Assembly: GCA_028534125.1 (NCBI GenBank)
Contig: CM052817.1
Coordinates: 90,894,001 to 90,958,000 of the forward strand
Direction: 5' to 3'
Source: Lama glama
Lineage: Eukaryota
Length of the DNA stretch: 64,000 nt
Shown here: in pieces, positions 1 to 11,640 of the stretch
Numbering within the stretch: position 1 is the stretch's first letter
How the letters are laid out: each line of letters opens with the position of its first letter
Notes under the pieces: generated by a model
What the model was told of the DNA's origin: nothing
The model's database searches: none
Seen by the model: the letters and a program-made list of their open reading frames with translations, nothing else
Program-made: the position numbers and the translations under genes

Positions 1-888
1 AATATTTCAAACTGTTTCATTATTATTCTATTTCTTACAGTGATCTGTGATTGGTGATCTTTGATGTCACTATTGTAATCATATAAGACAGCGGACTTAA
101 TCAATAAATACTGTGTATGTTCTGACAGCTCCACCAACTGGCCACTCCATCTCTCTCCCTACTCCCTGAGTCACAACAATATTGAAATGAGGCCAATTAA
201 TAACCCTACAAGGGCCTCTAAGTGTTCAAGTGAAAGAAGCAGTCACACATCTCTCACTTTAAATCAAAAGCTAGAAATGATGAAGCTTAATGAGGAAGGC
301 ATGTTGAAAAGGTGAGACAGGCTGAAAGCTAGGCCTCTTGTACCAAACAGTTAGCCAAGTTGTGAATGCAAAGGAAAAGTTCTTGAAGGAAATTAAAAGT
401 GCTACTCCAGTGAACATGTGAATGATAAGAAAGTGAAACAGCCTTATTGCTGAAATGGAGAAAGTTTGAGCGGTCTGGATAGAAGATCAAACCAGCCACC
501 TCATCCCCTTCAGCCAAAGCCTCACCCAGAACAAGGCCCTGACTCTGACTCTCTTCAGTTCTATGAAGGCTGAGACAGCTGAGGAAGCTGTAGAAGAAAA
601 GCCTGAAGCTAGCAGAGGCTGGTTCATGAGGCTTAAGGAAAGAAACCTTTTCTGTAACATCAAAGTACCAGGTGAAGTAGCAATGGCCAATGTAGAAACT
701 GCAGCAAGTTATCCAGGAAATCTAACTGAGATATAATGAAGGTGGCTACATCAAACAACAAATTTTCAATGGAGACAAACAGCCTTCTTTTGGTTGAATA
801 TGCCTCCTAGGACTCCCATAGCTAGAGAGGAGAAGTCAATGCCTGGCTTCAAAGGACAGCTCAACTCTCTTTTTTGGTGCTAATGTAC
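1..888 (+). mobile_element. Tigger1 (TcMar-Tigger DNA transposon) fragment with disrupted transposase
   Basis: From ~215 the + strand encodes Tigger1-like peptide pieces ([70 protein letters not shown]) broken by stops and frameshifts; element runs off the window start. Confidence 0.93.
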
Positions 889-1860
889 TAGTGTATCAGA
901 GTGATCAATGACTTTGAGGAAATAAAGTAGCCAAAGGACTAAGGAATTCAGGGTAAGGGGTAGACTTCAATTTTATATAGATCATCAAGGAAATCTAAGA
1001 AAGTAAAAGTAGAGCTAAAACCTATAAGGAATGAAAGCCTTGTGTGGGAGCACAGTCAGGGGTTAGTAAGTTGTAGGGCCGCACTGCACAGCGGAAAACC
1101 GCAGGGCATGCTTCACTTATCTGTGACATGAATCTTTGATTCATGAGATTCCTACACTTCCCAGTCCTTTCATTATCTCTTAGCAGATCTTAACCTAGAA
1201 CAGTTTAACCTTTTATTTAAATTGCTTAAGATTTATGACTTAACGCCTTGCTCTGTTCAAATTCCAATGACATACGTCACTCTATTTGAAGATCGTGCTC
1301 AATAAATGAGAGAGTCTAAGGGGGTCTCACAGACTTGGTCTCCAGCTCCCTCTCACCTCTCTTCACTTGCTATAGTCTTCAGTAATCCTTTCATCCACAG
1401 CGGGCTTTGCTGGCCAAAACCTACAGCCTTGGAAGATGAGTATGCCAGGTAGAGGGAGCTTAAGGTCAGGTAGTTAGAGCAGAGTGAATGAACAAATGGG
1501 AGAAAGAGATACAGAGAAGGTAGCAGCAGACAGATTATGTAAGCCTGTCTCAGAGGTCTGTGCTGGAGATAGTTATTGGAATAGTGATGGTATTTAAAAT
1601 GCTGGGGTTCAATGAGATGGTCAAGGGAGTGAGTTGTGGGTAGAGAACGGGTTAACCGCTAAGACCTGGGGTGCACCAACATTAAAGGACTGGGGAAAAG
1701 GTATGGAATCAGCAGAGGAGACTGAGAAGCAGCAAGGAGTGAAGTCGTAAGTAGAGTCACTAGAGATGGAATGGAAGACAGTGAAGAGAGACAATTCCTC
1801 CCAGGATTTTCACTCCAAAGTAGAAAAAAGAAATGGGCTAATGCTGGCAAGGGAGTGAGA
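889..1860 (-). mobile_element. L2 LINE fragments interrupted by an LTR
   Basis: L2-like motifs such as gagatggtcaagggagtgag, ctggggtgcaccaacattaaagg and cagcagaggagactgagaag; sequence reads continuously across the LTR at 1041-1425. Confidence 0.7.
1041..1425 (+). mobile_element. Solo LTR (ERV1-like), family unassigned
   Basis: TG...CA termini, perfect 4-bp TSD gcct (1037-1040 and 1426-1429), AATAAA at 1301. Confidence 0.8.
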
Positions 1861-1934
1861 TAAACAAAATGAATGTATAAGATGTTAAAAATAACAGTAT
1901 GTTACTATGTTGAAGGGATGTAAATTAATGCAGT

Positions 1935-2206
1935 TGTTGGAGGGTGTACAAGTTTCCCTCTAATTTCTTTCCTTTTCTTTGTAGCATATTCATGTGGTCC
2001 TTTGTTACATATCGCAGCCTCCCTTCAAATTAGGTTGCTAGGTGACAAGGTTCTGGCCCAGGGCATGCTGGTAGAAGTGATCAAAGCTACTTCCCAGGCC
2101 TGGCCTTTATAAACATCCTACAGGATGGCACCTTCACATGGTAAGCCACTGAGATTTCATGATTTGCTTGTTGCAGCAGAGAGCTCTAATTATATTGACT
2201 AATAGA
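1935..2206 (+). mobile_element. MaLR LTR (MLT1H/I-like), internally deleted
   Basis: gcagcctcccttcaaattagg...gttctggcc...acttcccaggcctggcc and terminal aagccactgagattt...tgactaataga. Confidence 0.7.
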
Positions 2207-2582
2207 CTCCTTATTTTCCAGCAAATTAGATAAAACTTCCTACTAATTCATAGATCTATCAAGTAACAACTTCCTTCCCCATTAAATCCTGCTCCTCCTC
2301 CTTTTCCCTTCCTCTCAAGAGGGCAGACAATGAAAATATGGTTCTACTCCATATGACGAGGCAAATATACTATGAGTCTAATCTCTTTTGAGTGTCAGTT
2401 TTATTTCATCATATTAAGCCATAATATATTCATAAGTAATCCAGTATTGTGATTTTCAGACATAGTAAAAAAAAAATCATTCTATTTCATGAATTTCCTT
2501 GAGCAACTTACTATTCTAAAGATTTTTGTATGCAGCTTACTACTGAAATGGCTAGCTAGTATTTTAAGTTCTCCATTACTCA

Positions 2583-3825
2583 TTTTTTTAACTTTTTACC
2601 TTAAAATGATTGCAAATTCATGAGAAGTTATAAAAATAGTATATAGAAATAGTACATAGAATTCCTTGAACCCTCCCCCAGCTTCTCTAATGCTAACATA
2701 GTATGTAACATACAACATTGTCAAACCAGGAAATTTACATTGGAACAATACTATTAACTAGGCTGCAAACACACTAAGTTTTCATTAGTGTTTATATGCT
2801 TTCCTGTGTATGTATGTGTGTGTTTCTATGCAATTTAATCCCATGTAAAATTTGTGTAACTACAACCACCATCAGGTACACACCTGTTCCATCACCAAAG
2901 AACTCTCTCACACTACTCCTTTATATTTACACTGTCTTTCTCAATGCTGTTTCTGTCTCTATAGTTATATCTTTTCAAGAATTTCATATAAATGCAATCA
3001 TACAGTAACATTTTGAGATTGGCTTTTTGCTCCCATTGAGCATAAATGCCCTTCAGAGCCATCCAAGTTGCTGAATGTATCAATAGTTTGTACCTTTTTA
3101 ATTGCTGAGTAGTATTCCATTGCATGGATGTACCAGTGTCTGTTTAACCCTTCACCCACTGAGGAACATTTGGGTCATTTCCAATTTGAGGCTATTACAA
3201 ATAATGCTGCTGTACATGTCTGCATACAGGTTTCTGTGTAGACATTGGCATTTACTCCAGAGAAATAAAAATCTTAGTGTAATTCCTGGTCCTTATGCTA
3301 TGTGCACATATAGTTTTATAAGAAATCATCAGACTATGTTGTACAGTGTCTGTATCAATTTATATTCACACCAGCAATAGATGACTGATTCCAGTTTCTC
3401 CATATTCTTGCTACTATTTGAGGTTGTTAATTTTAGCTGTTCTAATATGTGTGTGATAAGATCTCAGTGTGGCTTTTTTTTTAACTGAACTATAGTCAAT
3501 TTACAATATTGTGTTAAAAGAAAGAAAAATACCATATGATATCACTTATATGTGAAATCCAAAAAAAAAATGACACAAATAGACTTATTTACAAATCAAA
3601 CAGACTGTGATTTGAATTTGAATTTCCCTAGTAGCTAACAATGTTAAACAACTTTTTGTGTGTGTGCTTATGTGTCCTTCTTTGGTGAAATGTCTGTTCA
3701 TGTCTTTTGCTCATTTTCTAATTGGATTCTTTGTTTCTTTACTGTTGAGTTTTGAGAGCTCTTTATATAGCCTAGCCACAAGTTCTTTCACAGCTATATG
3801 GTTTGCAAATATTTTCTCCCAGTGC
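2583..3825 (-). mobile_element. Old L1 (L1MB/MC/MD-type) 3' region
   Basis: Antisense L1M motifs: attgctgagtagtattccattgcatggatgtacc, ttgctcattttctaattggatt, gtttgcaaatattttctcccagt. Confidence 0.85.
3474..3605 (-). mobile_element. Short lineage-specific L1 insertion with 5' inversion
   Basis: Poly-T plus antisense L1 terminus (3474-3516), followed by a sense-oriented upstream L1 segment (3517-3605) matching 43950-44058 in this window. Confidence 0.75.
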
Positions 3826-6664
3826 TCTTACTAATTTCTAAAAAAGTTCAAAGAAAAGCTAAAGTTCTCACAAATTCAGATGAGTTTGAATGAAATTGAA
3901 AAATTGGGGATACCTTAGGAAACAATAGCAATCATTTTCCAATGTTTTCTGAAACAAGAAAAAATTATCATTGTATTTTAGGTAGCAGATGCATGAAGGT
4001 TATTGAGACCCAGTAGGGAAAAGTTACGTTTTGGTGTGTCTACAGTAGATTGATTAATTTTCATTACCTTAAATTGAAGACAGAAGGATATGAACATTGA
4101 AGTGATTTACTAAGAAGTTGATCAAGCATACACCAATATAATTATTTTTTAATCCAACAAGAAAATAGGTGTCAATAAATAAGTCATTAATAAGCTAAAG
4201 GAACCTACTTCAAGTGTATTGAAATTTAAAGAGAAGCTTGTTTAAAGATTAAGACAGGCATCAAGGAATACGCTGCAGAAAGATTAAAGGGTACTGTTAA
4301 CAGCTAAGTGTGTGTTTGCATCTAAATAAGAGAAAGGTCTAGAATCAAGAAAAAACAGGAAAAAGAAATGTTTTATTGACAAACAGAAAATCAAACATGC
4401 AATATACTATCTAACTCTCAAGAACAATTATCACTATTGCTAATTTAAAAAAAAACCTGTTAAGAGAAAGCAAGTCACTTTAGTAAGGGTAAGAATTGGC
4501 TCTTTGCTTACTACCTGAGAAAATGAAATAACCCTCTAGGAAGTTTCAAAATAAAACACTTTAGTAATTAAAATACAATTGTAATTATACTTAATGGATT
4601 AGATTCTATACATATGCAGATAAAGTAGCAAAATAATTAAGCACAATGATGAAAATGGAATAGTGTTATTGGTGAGACCTTGCTTCATATTACCAAATTC
4701 TAGAGAAATGCTGGGCAATAAAATAATGATTTTTGACAGGTGTCTTCAGCTTGTATTAAGGAGACTATTAATATAGTTTTTAAAATTGTACTAAAACCAT
4801 CTGCTAACTTGTCTAAACTGTGCAACTCTGATAACTGTAAATTCTGCAAAATCCCATTTCAGCTGAGAATTCTGCCCTAATGAATAGTCTTACACAATGA
4901 CTCCGATGTTTAGGGGACCCCTAAGCTGCAAAAATTCAACTCATTTCTTACCTCCAAAGCCTAAAATAAAAAGGCTATTCTGTTATATTCTAATGACAGG
5001 ACTCTTCATGTCTGCTGCTGAATTTGGAAACAATCAAAGCTAAAATTTCACCCAAATCCCACATCCTGGGACTGGAGTTGACAAAAAAAAAAAGGTCATC
5101 AATTACACCTGAACCTCAAGTTTTTATCTTACCATCCCAAACCATTCTCCTTTCTCACAAGTCTATCAATCTCACACATTATTCTATCACTTCCCCAGGT
5201 TTGAAAACCTTAATCTTTCTCCACTTTAATTATTGTATCAGGGAACCACCTGTTCTGCCGGAAGTTCCATATGGAAAAGGCTTTATTTTATTACTGAGGC
5301 CTGGATACCAGGGTTTTTGAAGACTCAATGCGCAGAACCTGGGAAAACTATCATTTCAAAGCCTCAAGGTCTTTTTAAGCCTTGTCAATGGTAGCAGAAA
5401 GGCACCTGCAGAACACGATTTCTTTGCGGGGGAAGTCATCAGAATGGATCCTTTAATTACACAAACGTAAAGAATCGATCCATTGATCCTGAAGGAGGCT
5501 TTGAAGTCCCTTTCAACCTGTTTTGTTTTAGAAAGTTGTTTTAGACAAGTTGAGGGTATTGTTTTGAGATGCAAACAGGACTCTGCCTAGGAGCTGCCTT
5601 TATCTGGGTAGGAGAGAAGAGAGCGGAGTGTGGGGCCAGAAAAGGTATTATTCTGGTTCTGCGAGACTGATTCAGTGCACTGTATTTTAAATCATCTCTT
5701 GTTAATTTGGAGGGTTTTGTTTATTTTGTGTTGGTGGTGGTGTTTCACTGCCTTTTACAGTAAGTAGAAATCTAACGTTGAAAAGATTGCCAGAAAAATT
5801 TGCAGGCTTTGTCTTCAATTCATTTTGGAGGAGCAGTTGTAAAAAGGAGCTGTGCTGGACCATTGTTAGCTCTCACGCTGTGGTTTTTCAAAAGGCAGCA
5901 AAGCCAGAATGCATAGATGTCAACCTGCTGCGTGCTATCCTGCAAGACCTTGTGTGGTTCCCCCTGAAGGGAGAGGACATTCCCACATCCAAGCATCCTA
6001 AATCAGAAAATAGTCTGAAGACTTCCTCTTTCTCTCTCTGAGCTGCATGGTAATTGGGTTCAGGTTCCAAAGCAGCTCCCTAAAGCCCTGGAAGGGGGAA
6101 ATGGGGAAAGAGGTAGTGTCAGGGGTGGGGGTATGGCTCCAAAGGCCAAATTGGGCCTGAGATGCAGAACACACATGTCTCATAACTGGTTGTAAATTCC
6201 CATGGTGTTTTCTGCCATTATTCCTGAACTGTCAGTAAAACTTTAATAAATATAGAGTTTAGTGTCAATTCGGTGTAGGGAATTAAGTGAAGGTTCTAAT
6301 CTAATTAGGGATGATGGGATGGAAGCAAAAGCAGGGCCAGAAGAGTGAAGCCTTTGTTCCAGACAGTCAGAGTGGACTGGAGCTTCAGGCGGGAATCGAC
6401 AGAGTCCTTGGTGGGTCTGTCTGATCAGAAACCTGGAGCAAAAAAGCTGGGGAGATGTTCCACCAAGCAGACCCAACTCCTAGAAGAAAAAACGGGGGGT
6501 GGGGGGGACTATGAGCAGGCCTGAGATTCCCCAAATCACAGCAGTTGCAAACTCAGTATCACTGGCCATTTAGTATGCTTAAATAGAAAATTCAGACCGA
6601 TATGGGCTGGAAATGTAAGTAACAGCATGTGTTTTGATTTAATCCCTTCCCACTCATTTATCAT

Positions 6665-6790
6665 CCACTGGGGCCGGGTCCTCATGACTCACTAATCCAG
6701 ATTCCTGCAACAACCTTCTGATGAAAATCCATCAACCCAGTCACTCTCCCTGTTATGTGGCCTCAACAACACCATGAGCTTAATCCTCAC
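6665..6790 (+). mobile_element. L2 fragment
   Basis: ctcatgactcactaatccagattcctgcaacaaccttctga resembles L2. Confidence 0.45.
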
Positions 6791-7259
6791 ACAACACCGG
6801 CTTCATCACAGAGGCTCCACCCACACAAAGCACATGCAACGGCACAGAATTTCACATCAGGAATCGGCAATTGCGACGCCAGGAACCAGATGCAGGAAAG
6901 CAGACTTTAAACAACATGAAGGAATTGAGCAAAAACCTGGGCTGAACCCCTCACATGAGATGAGAAACTAGGACTAGATTTGACACATCTTGGTCCAGTG
7001 ACACCAGCAAGAGGAGAGACTGGAAGGAATAAGAGCCGTCACCACTGAGGAGTGCGGAGGGGGCCGTGCTGGAGCCTGCCAGCATCACAGCTGCCTCCGC
7101 CGGAAATCAGTTATGGCGCCCCACACCCTCTCGGTAGGCGTCAACTTGCCTACGAGTCCTGAAAATTGTGTGTTATTAATCTTCCCAATCGGACGACGAA
7201 AATAAAGTATGATATGGTTAATACTGCATTCCAATTAGAATTGCGGCTGATAGAATGAT

Positions 7260-8290
7260 AGAAATCACATGCCATCGTGTCTTCAACAGCGTTTACAACG
7301 AACCTCCAGGGTGCCAGCCCCTACCGCAGCATAGAGGGTGAGTTGAAAGCCACCGTCCTCACCCTCAGGTTGCCAAGACTTAGGGGTGAAATAAACAAGT
7401 TACGAGGCATTAGCAGTCAAAGGTGATGGGTTCTTTAATAAAAGCGAGCGCAAGCTGCTGTGGGAACATAGAAGAGGTTCCTTTAACTTGGACCGAAGGG
7501 GCATACGGGAGAACTTTTTGGAGAGGTAACACCTAAGCTATAGAGATTAAGTAGGGCTAGCCTGGCATGAAAGTGCATTCGTTTTATTATGGTTGCTGCA
7601 ACAAATGACCACAAGCTTGGTAGTTTAGAGAAGCAGAAATGTATTCACTCACAGTTCTGCAGGCTCGAAGTCTGGTATCAGCAACACTGGGCGTTGGCAG
7701 AGCTGCGCTTCCTCCGGAGGCCCTCAGAGAGCTGCTCCTTGCCCCTTTCAGCACCTGGGGGCTGCCAGAGTGCCTCTGCTTCTGCGCACCGCACTTCCAG
7801 CTCGACCTTCGCCTTCCAGTGGCTCCTCCGCCGCCGCGTGGATCGTCTCCCTCCGCCTCCCTTCTGAAAGGAAACAGCTGATTACATTTAGGGCCCACCC
7901 AGGTAATCCAGGATTATCTTCCCAGGTTAAACTCATTAACTTCACATACCCACTGACCCTTTACTTTTCTTTGTCCATAGAAGGTAACATTCACAGGCTC
8001 AAAGATCAGACCAGGGGTATCTTTGAACGGTCTACTTTCAACCTCGAACATACAGGCTAAGGGAAGAGCATTCTAGGCAGAATATAAGACACAGGCAAAG
8101 ACTGAGAAACGTGAGAGCGCATGAAGGGCTTCGGGAAGAACAAGGAGTTTAATCTGACTCAGGTTCTGTTTGCAAATTAGAAGTAGGGAGGAAGCAAGCT
8201 GGGCGGGGTAAGAAGTGTCTGCGCTCTAAGGACTTTATGGCTTGTTCTCTTTGCAATTGAAAAGAGCCCTTCACAAGAGAGCCTGAACAT
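7260..8290 (-). mobile_element. L2 fragments flanking an MLT1D insertion
   Basis: aagctgctgtgggaacatagaagagg, ggagaactttttggagaggtaacacctaagct, gggaagagcattctaggcaga. Confidence 0.7.
7574..8050 (-). mobile_element. MLT1D-like MaLR LTR
   Basis: ttgctgcaacaaatgaccacaagcttgg, ctcacagttctgcaggc, gattacatttagggcccacccaggtaatccaggat, aaggtaacattcacaggct; TG...CA ends. Confidence 0.85.
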
Positions 8291-8854
8291 TCTTGAGAAG
8301 ATCCCTGTGTATCACCGAGCATTAGAAACACTCTGGGGCAGGAAAGACAGGAAAATGTAGACCTTAAGGAACTTGAAGAACAAGGGGACCCAGTGCAAGG
8401 ACTAGGGTTGCCAGGCACCAAAAAGCCAGGCAGGCCTCTCCTTCAGGGAACCATGTGCCCACCAGGTAATTGGGTTCCTCGAGGGGAACTCAGAGACAGG
8501 AGTTAACTGCTAAACTCCAGCTGCTTCTTATCAGGGCCACTCTGTCATCCCTCTCTAAAACATCTCAAGGTGGAATTTGTGGTTGGAATAAACTAGCTTA
8601 GATGAGCTTTTTCCTCTGGAAATCCTTACTCACAAATCAACCAGAGAATCTTTCTCCGAGAAGCTGCCTTCATCCTGTCCCATGACCACACTCCCCCAAA
8701 TTTTCCATTTTTCTCATCCAAGACAAGTGACTGAAGAAGGGCCCCCACACCAATCTCCTTTTTCCCTTAATAACTTTGGTTTCTTCAAGGGAGAGAAGAG
8801 AGAAACGGGCCCTCAGAAAGAGAGTGGAGGGACAGAAAAAGAAAAGAGGATACA

Positions 8855-8975
8855 TGAGCAAGTTAGTAAGTTTACTAAGCATTTACCAAGCACCTCCAGT
8901 ACACCTAGCACTATTCTAGGTGTGCAGAAAAATAGCAAGACTCAAGCAGCTCAAATCATAGAACTTGTGCAAAGC
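8855..8975 (-). mobile_element. L2 3' end fragment
   Basis: aagcatttaccaagcacctcc...cctagcactattctaggtg. Confidence 0.5.
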
Positions 8976-9664
8976 CATTCTTGAGCCCCTACTCCACGCT
9001 TGGCATGGTGCTAGCTCTTTGCACATGATCTCTTTAAGCCCCAAAGCAGTGAGGCTGAAACAAGAGGTCAGAGGCAGGGATGGGACTGCCCTCAAGAGAG
9101 GGATAGAGGTAAAAATGCACAAGGTTTACGTAAAAGTATCTGGATTCTGCCTTGCCTATAGATTCCAATTTTCTACACATATTCATTTCAGACTCTATTC
9201 TAGAATTAGATGGTTTTCCAGAAACTTCAGCCAAGTCAAGCAAAAGAGTTCCAAGGATAAATAAAGGAAAGTTCCTAGGTTTGACCGGCACTTTGGGCCA
9301 TGTTAAAGTGATGCAGACTTGGCTGGATACTGTGGTTATTTATAGCTCAAGCAAGCACTAAAACATGCTGTACTTGCAGATGGCCAGGCCAGATGATCTG
9401 TCATGGTCCCTTCCAACTCCATTTATTTCGTGATTTTTTTACTTTTGCCCTACTACCTATCACAAGGGCTAACAAGTGAACCATTATTAAGTGGGAGAAA
9501 AGAGACTAGGCAAAAGATTTTGAATGGATTTTATATTGTAAAATCAATAAAAATAATAGGAAGAGGGGGGTTGCATTTCTGATTTGAGAAAAACTAATCA
9601 GCAAGGATATCTTCTAGTGCTTGTGCTGAAGGTGATTTCCTATAACCATGACATCCTAAAGGGC

Positions 9665-9775
9665 CTTTAGAGGCCATCAGAAGAGTCTGCTCATTTTAAG
9701 ACAAGGCCACTGTCTGACCCAGAGAGGTGACATGACAATGCCCAGGTCTTCTGACTCCTTGTCCAAAGGTCTTTT
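9665..9775 (-). mobile_element. MIR fragment
   Basis: ctcattttaagacaagg...cccagagaggtgacatgac...cccaggtcttctgactcc. Confidence 0.5.
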
Positions 9776-10243
9776 AAAGCCAAACCGCAGTTCAAATCAT
9801 TCAAATCATCTCAATTAAGGAACTTCTGATTCTAGTCCCAGTAAAAGTTAAAATAAATACATTTGATATGCTAATTAATATGTGTGACTTGTAATCATGA
9901 TATAATTTTATGAATAAATTTATATAAAATTTAATGATTATAGAGACAAGTTCTCCTAACTCATAAGCTATACTCAGAGCTATTTAAAACTCTTTTACAA
10001 TAGAACCTCACATAAAAGTAAATTATAGCCTCAGTGGTACATTATGTTATATCTTATTTAAATAATTTCCAAGGAGACCTAATGTAAATCTGGAGTTTGG
10101 CTCATATCTGAGTTCCCCACCCCCGGGATTGTGAAGAATAATCTGGCAATGAAATAGCTAGAAACTTGTATTCATCTGCATAAACATACTGAAAATATTT
10201 TATTTGGGGTATTATAGGGCTCAGGTATTTTTTTCTAGCCTCC

Positions 10244-10490
10244 TTTTTTTTGGTTTTTAGGGTTTTTTATTGATGTACAGTTAGTTCACAATGTTGTGTC
10301 AATTTCAGGTGTACAGCATAATGTTTCAGTCATGCATATACATACATATATTCCTTTTCATATTCTTTTTCATTATAGGTTACTACAGGATATTGAATAT
10401 AGTTCCCTGTGCTATACAGAAGAAACTTGTTGTTTATCTACTTTATATATAGTAGTTAGTATCTGTAAATCTCTAACTCCCAATATATCC
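10244..10490 (-). mobile_element. Cetartiodactyl/camelid-type L1 3' end, 5'-truncated
   Basis: T-rich tail, then caatgttgtgtcaatttcaggtgtacagca...ttgaatatagttccctgtgctatacag; same family as 33197-33781 and 43839-44349. Confidence 0.9.
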
Positions 10491-10847
10491 CTTTGTTTTT
10501 AATTGGCATATGAGATTTTCAGTCAAGAAATATTCCTGTGGGTTTCGAGAATAGGAGGAAAACATCAAGATGTTTTTTGACCTAGGTCTAGAGTGAAAAA
10601 AGTAGAAATGGGCCCAATGAGAAATCTAGTCAGTCAGTGATTGCTTGTGTTCTGTAAAGGACACAACCATCTCCACTTACACATGACTGAATCAATCCAG
10701 TGCCTGACTGTTTGAGATCTGAATACATTAACTTTAGACTTTCTTCCTGCTGGTAAGCAAAACAACAGTCCAATCATCCCATAAAACAATACCAAACATC
10801 TTCCAGAACGTGACTAAAGAGATCTTTTTTCCCTTTCCAGGACCCTC

Positions 10848-11240
10848 TGTCAAATGACAAAACTAAAACTGAGTAGTGAGAGTGATGTCCTTTATTCGAG
10901 GGCAAACCATCCAAGGACTAGAGGGGTACACAGCCTCACAAGCAGGAGAGCCCCCTTCCCCGGGGATTTTGGACACGGGTGAGTGTTAGAAACAGCAAGG
11001 CAGAAACAGGGTGTGATTGGCTGGGTTTGTCTATCTGACCTTATTTAGAAAGATCAAGGAAATATGCATCAAGTGCAGAGTTGACTTGGCATTTAGAGAT
11101 TGGCCGACTGGAGATACTGTGTTTCACGTCAAGCAGAACATTTACAAGAGCATGAAAGTTCCGTTTGCTGACATGGCACCCCAGAAAGGAGCGGCTCCAT
11201 TTAGGCCTAAAAATTGACTTCCACACCTCTTATTCTGACA
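10848..11240 (-). mobile_element. Solo LTR (probably ERV1-class), family unassigned
   Basis: Inverted termini TGTCA...TGACA, minus-strand AATAAA (tttatt ~10891) and CCAAT (attgg ~11016); TSD not clearly matched. Confidence 0.6.
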
Positions 11241-11454
11241 ACCTGTATCAGCGATGGTCCCGCCTCAACACCACAAGCTGAAGAGGCCAGTCAGGAGCTT
11301 TACGTAAATCTATTATTACCTACACAGGAAGCATCAGTCTTTATTTATGAGGAAAATCAATGCCCACAAAAGCCTCTTTGTGACTGCTTTAAGAGAGAAG
11401 GTGCATTTATCACCATGATAAAATAACTTTGTATTGAGTAACATAGTAAAGAAA

Positions 11455-11640
11455 CGAACATTTATGGAGTACCTAGAGTTAGCTAAGTCCTTGAATTACT
11501 TATCTCATTTAGTCCTCACAAAATCCTTTAAGGTGCCCATTGGACAAAAAAAAAGAATAGGGAACAAGCCAATAATGGTTAATAGCCCAAGGCCACAGAT
11601 AGTAAAAGCTGCGGATAGAAACCCAGTTCTTTCCTCTCCC
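11455..11640 (-). mobile_element. MIR SINE
   Basis: aacatttatggagtacct...ttatctcatttagtcctcacaaaatcct...gcccaaggccacagatagtaa. Confidence 0.7.

Noticed and set aside
215..888. Intact or domesticated Tigger transposase (TIGD1-like gene)
   Set aside because: Multiple stops and frameshifts, and truncated at about 888
4510..4516. 3-nt microexon or recursive splice site (minus strand ttttctcag|GTA|gtaagc)
   Set aside because: Weak exonic donor context; expected by chance without transcript evidence
5356..5518. Minus-strand terminal coding exon with downstream AATAAA at ~5285
   Set aside because: The acceptor (aaaacaaaacag) lacks a polypyrimidine tract and the peptide is unrecognisable
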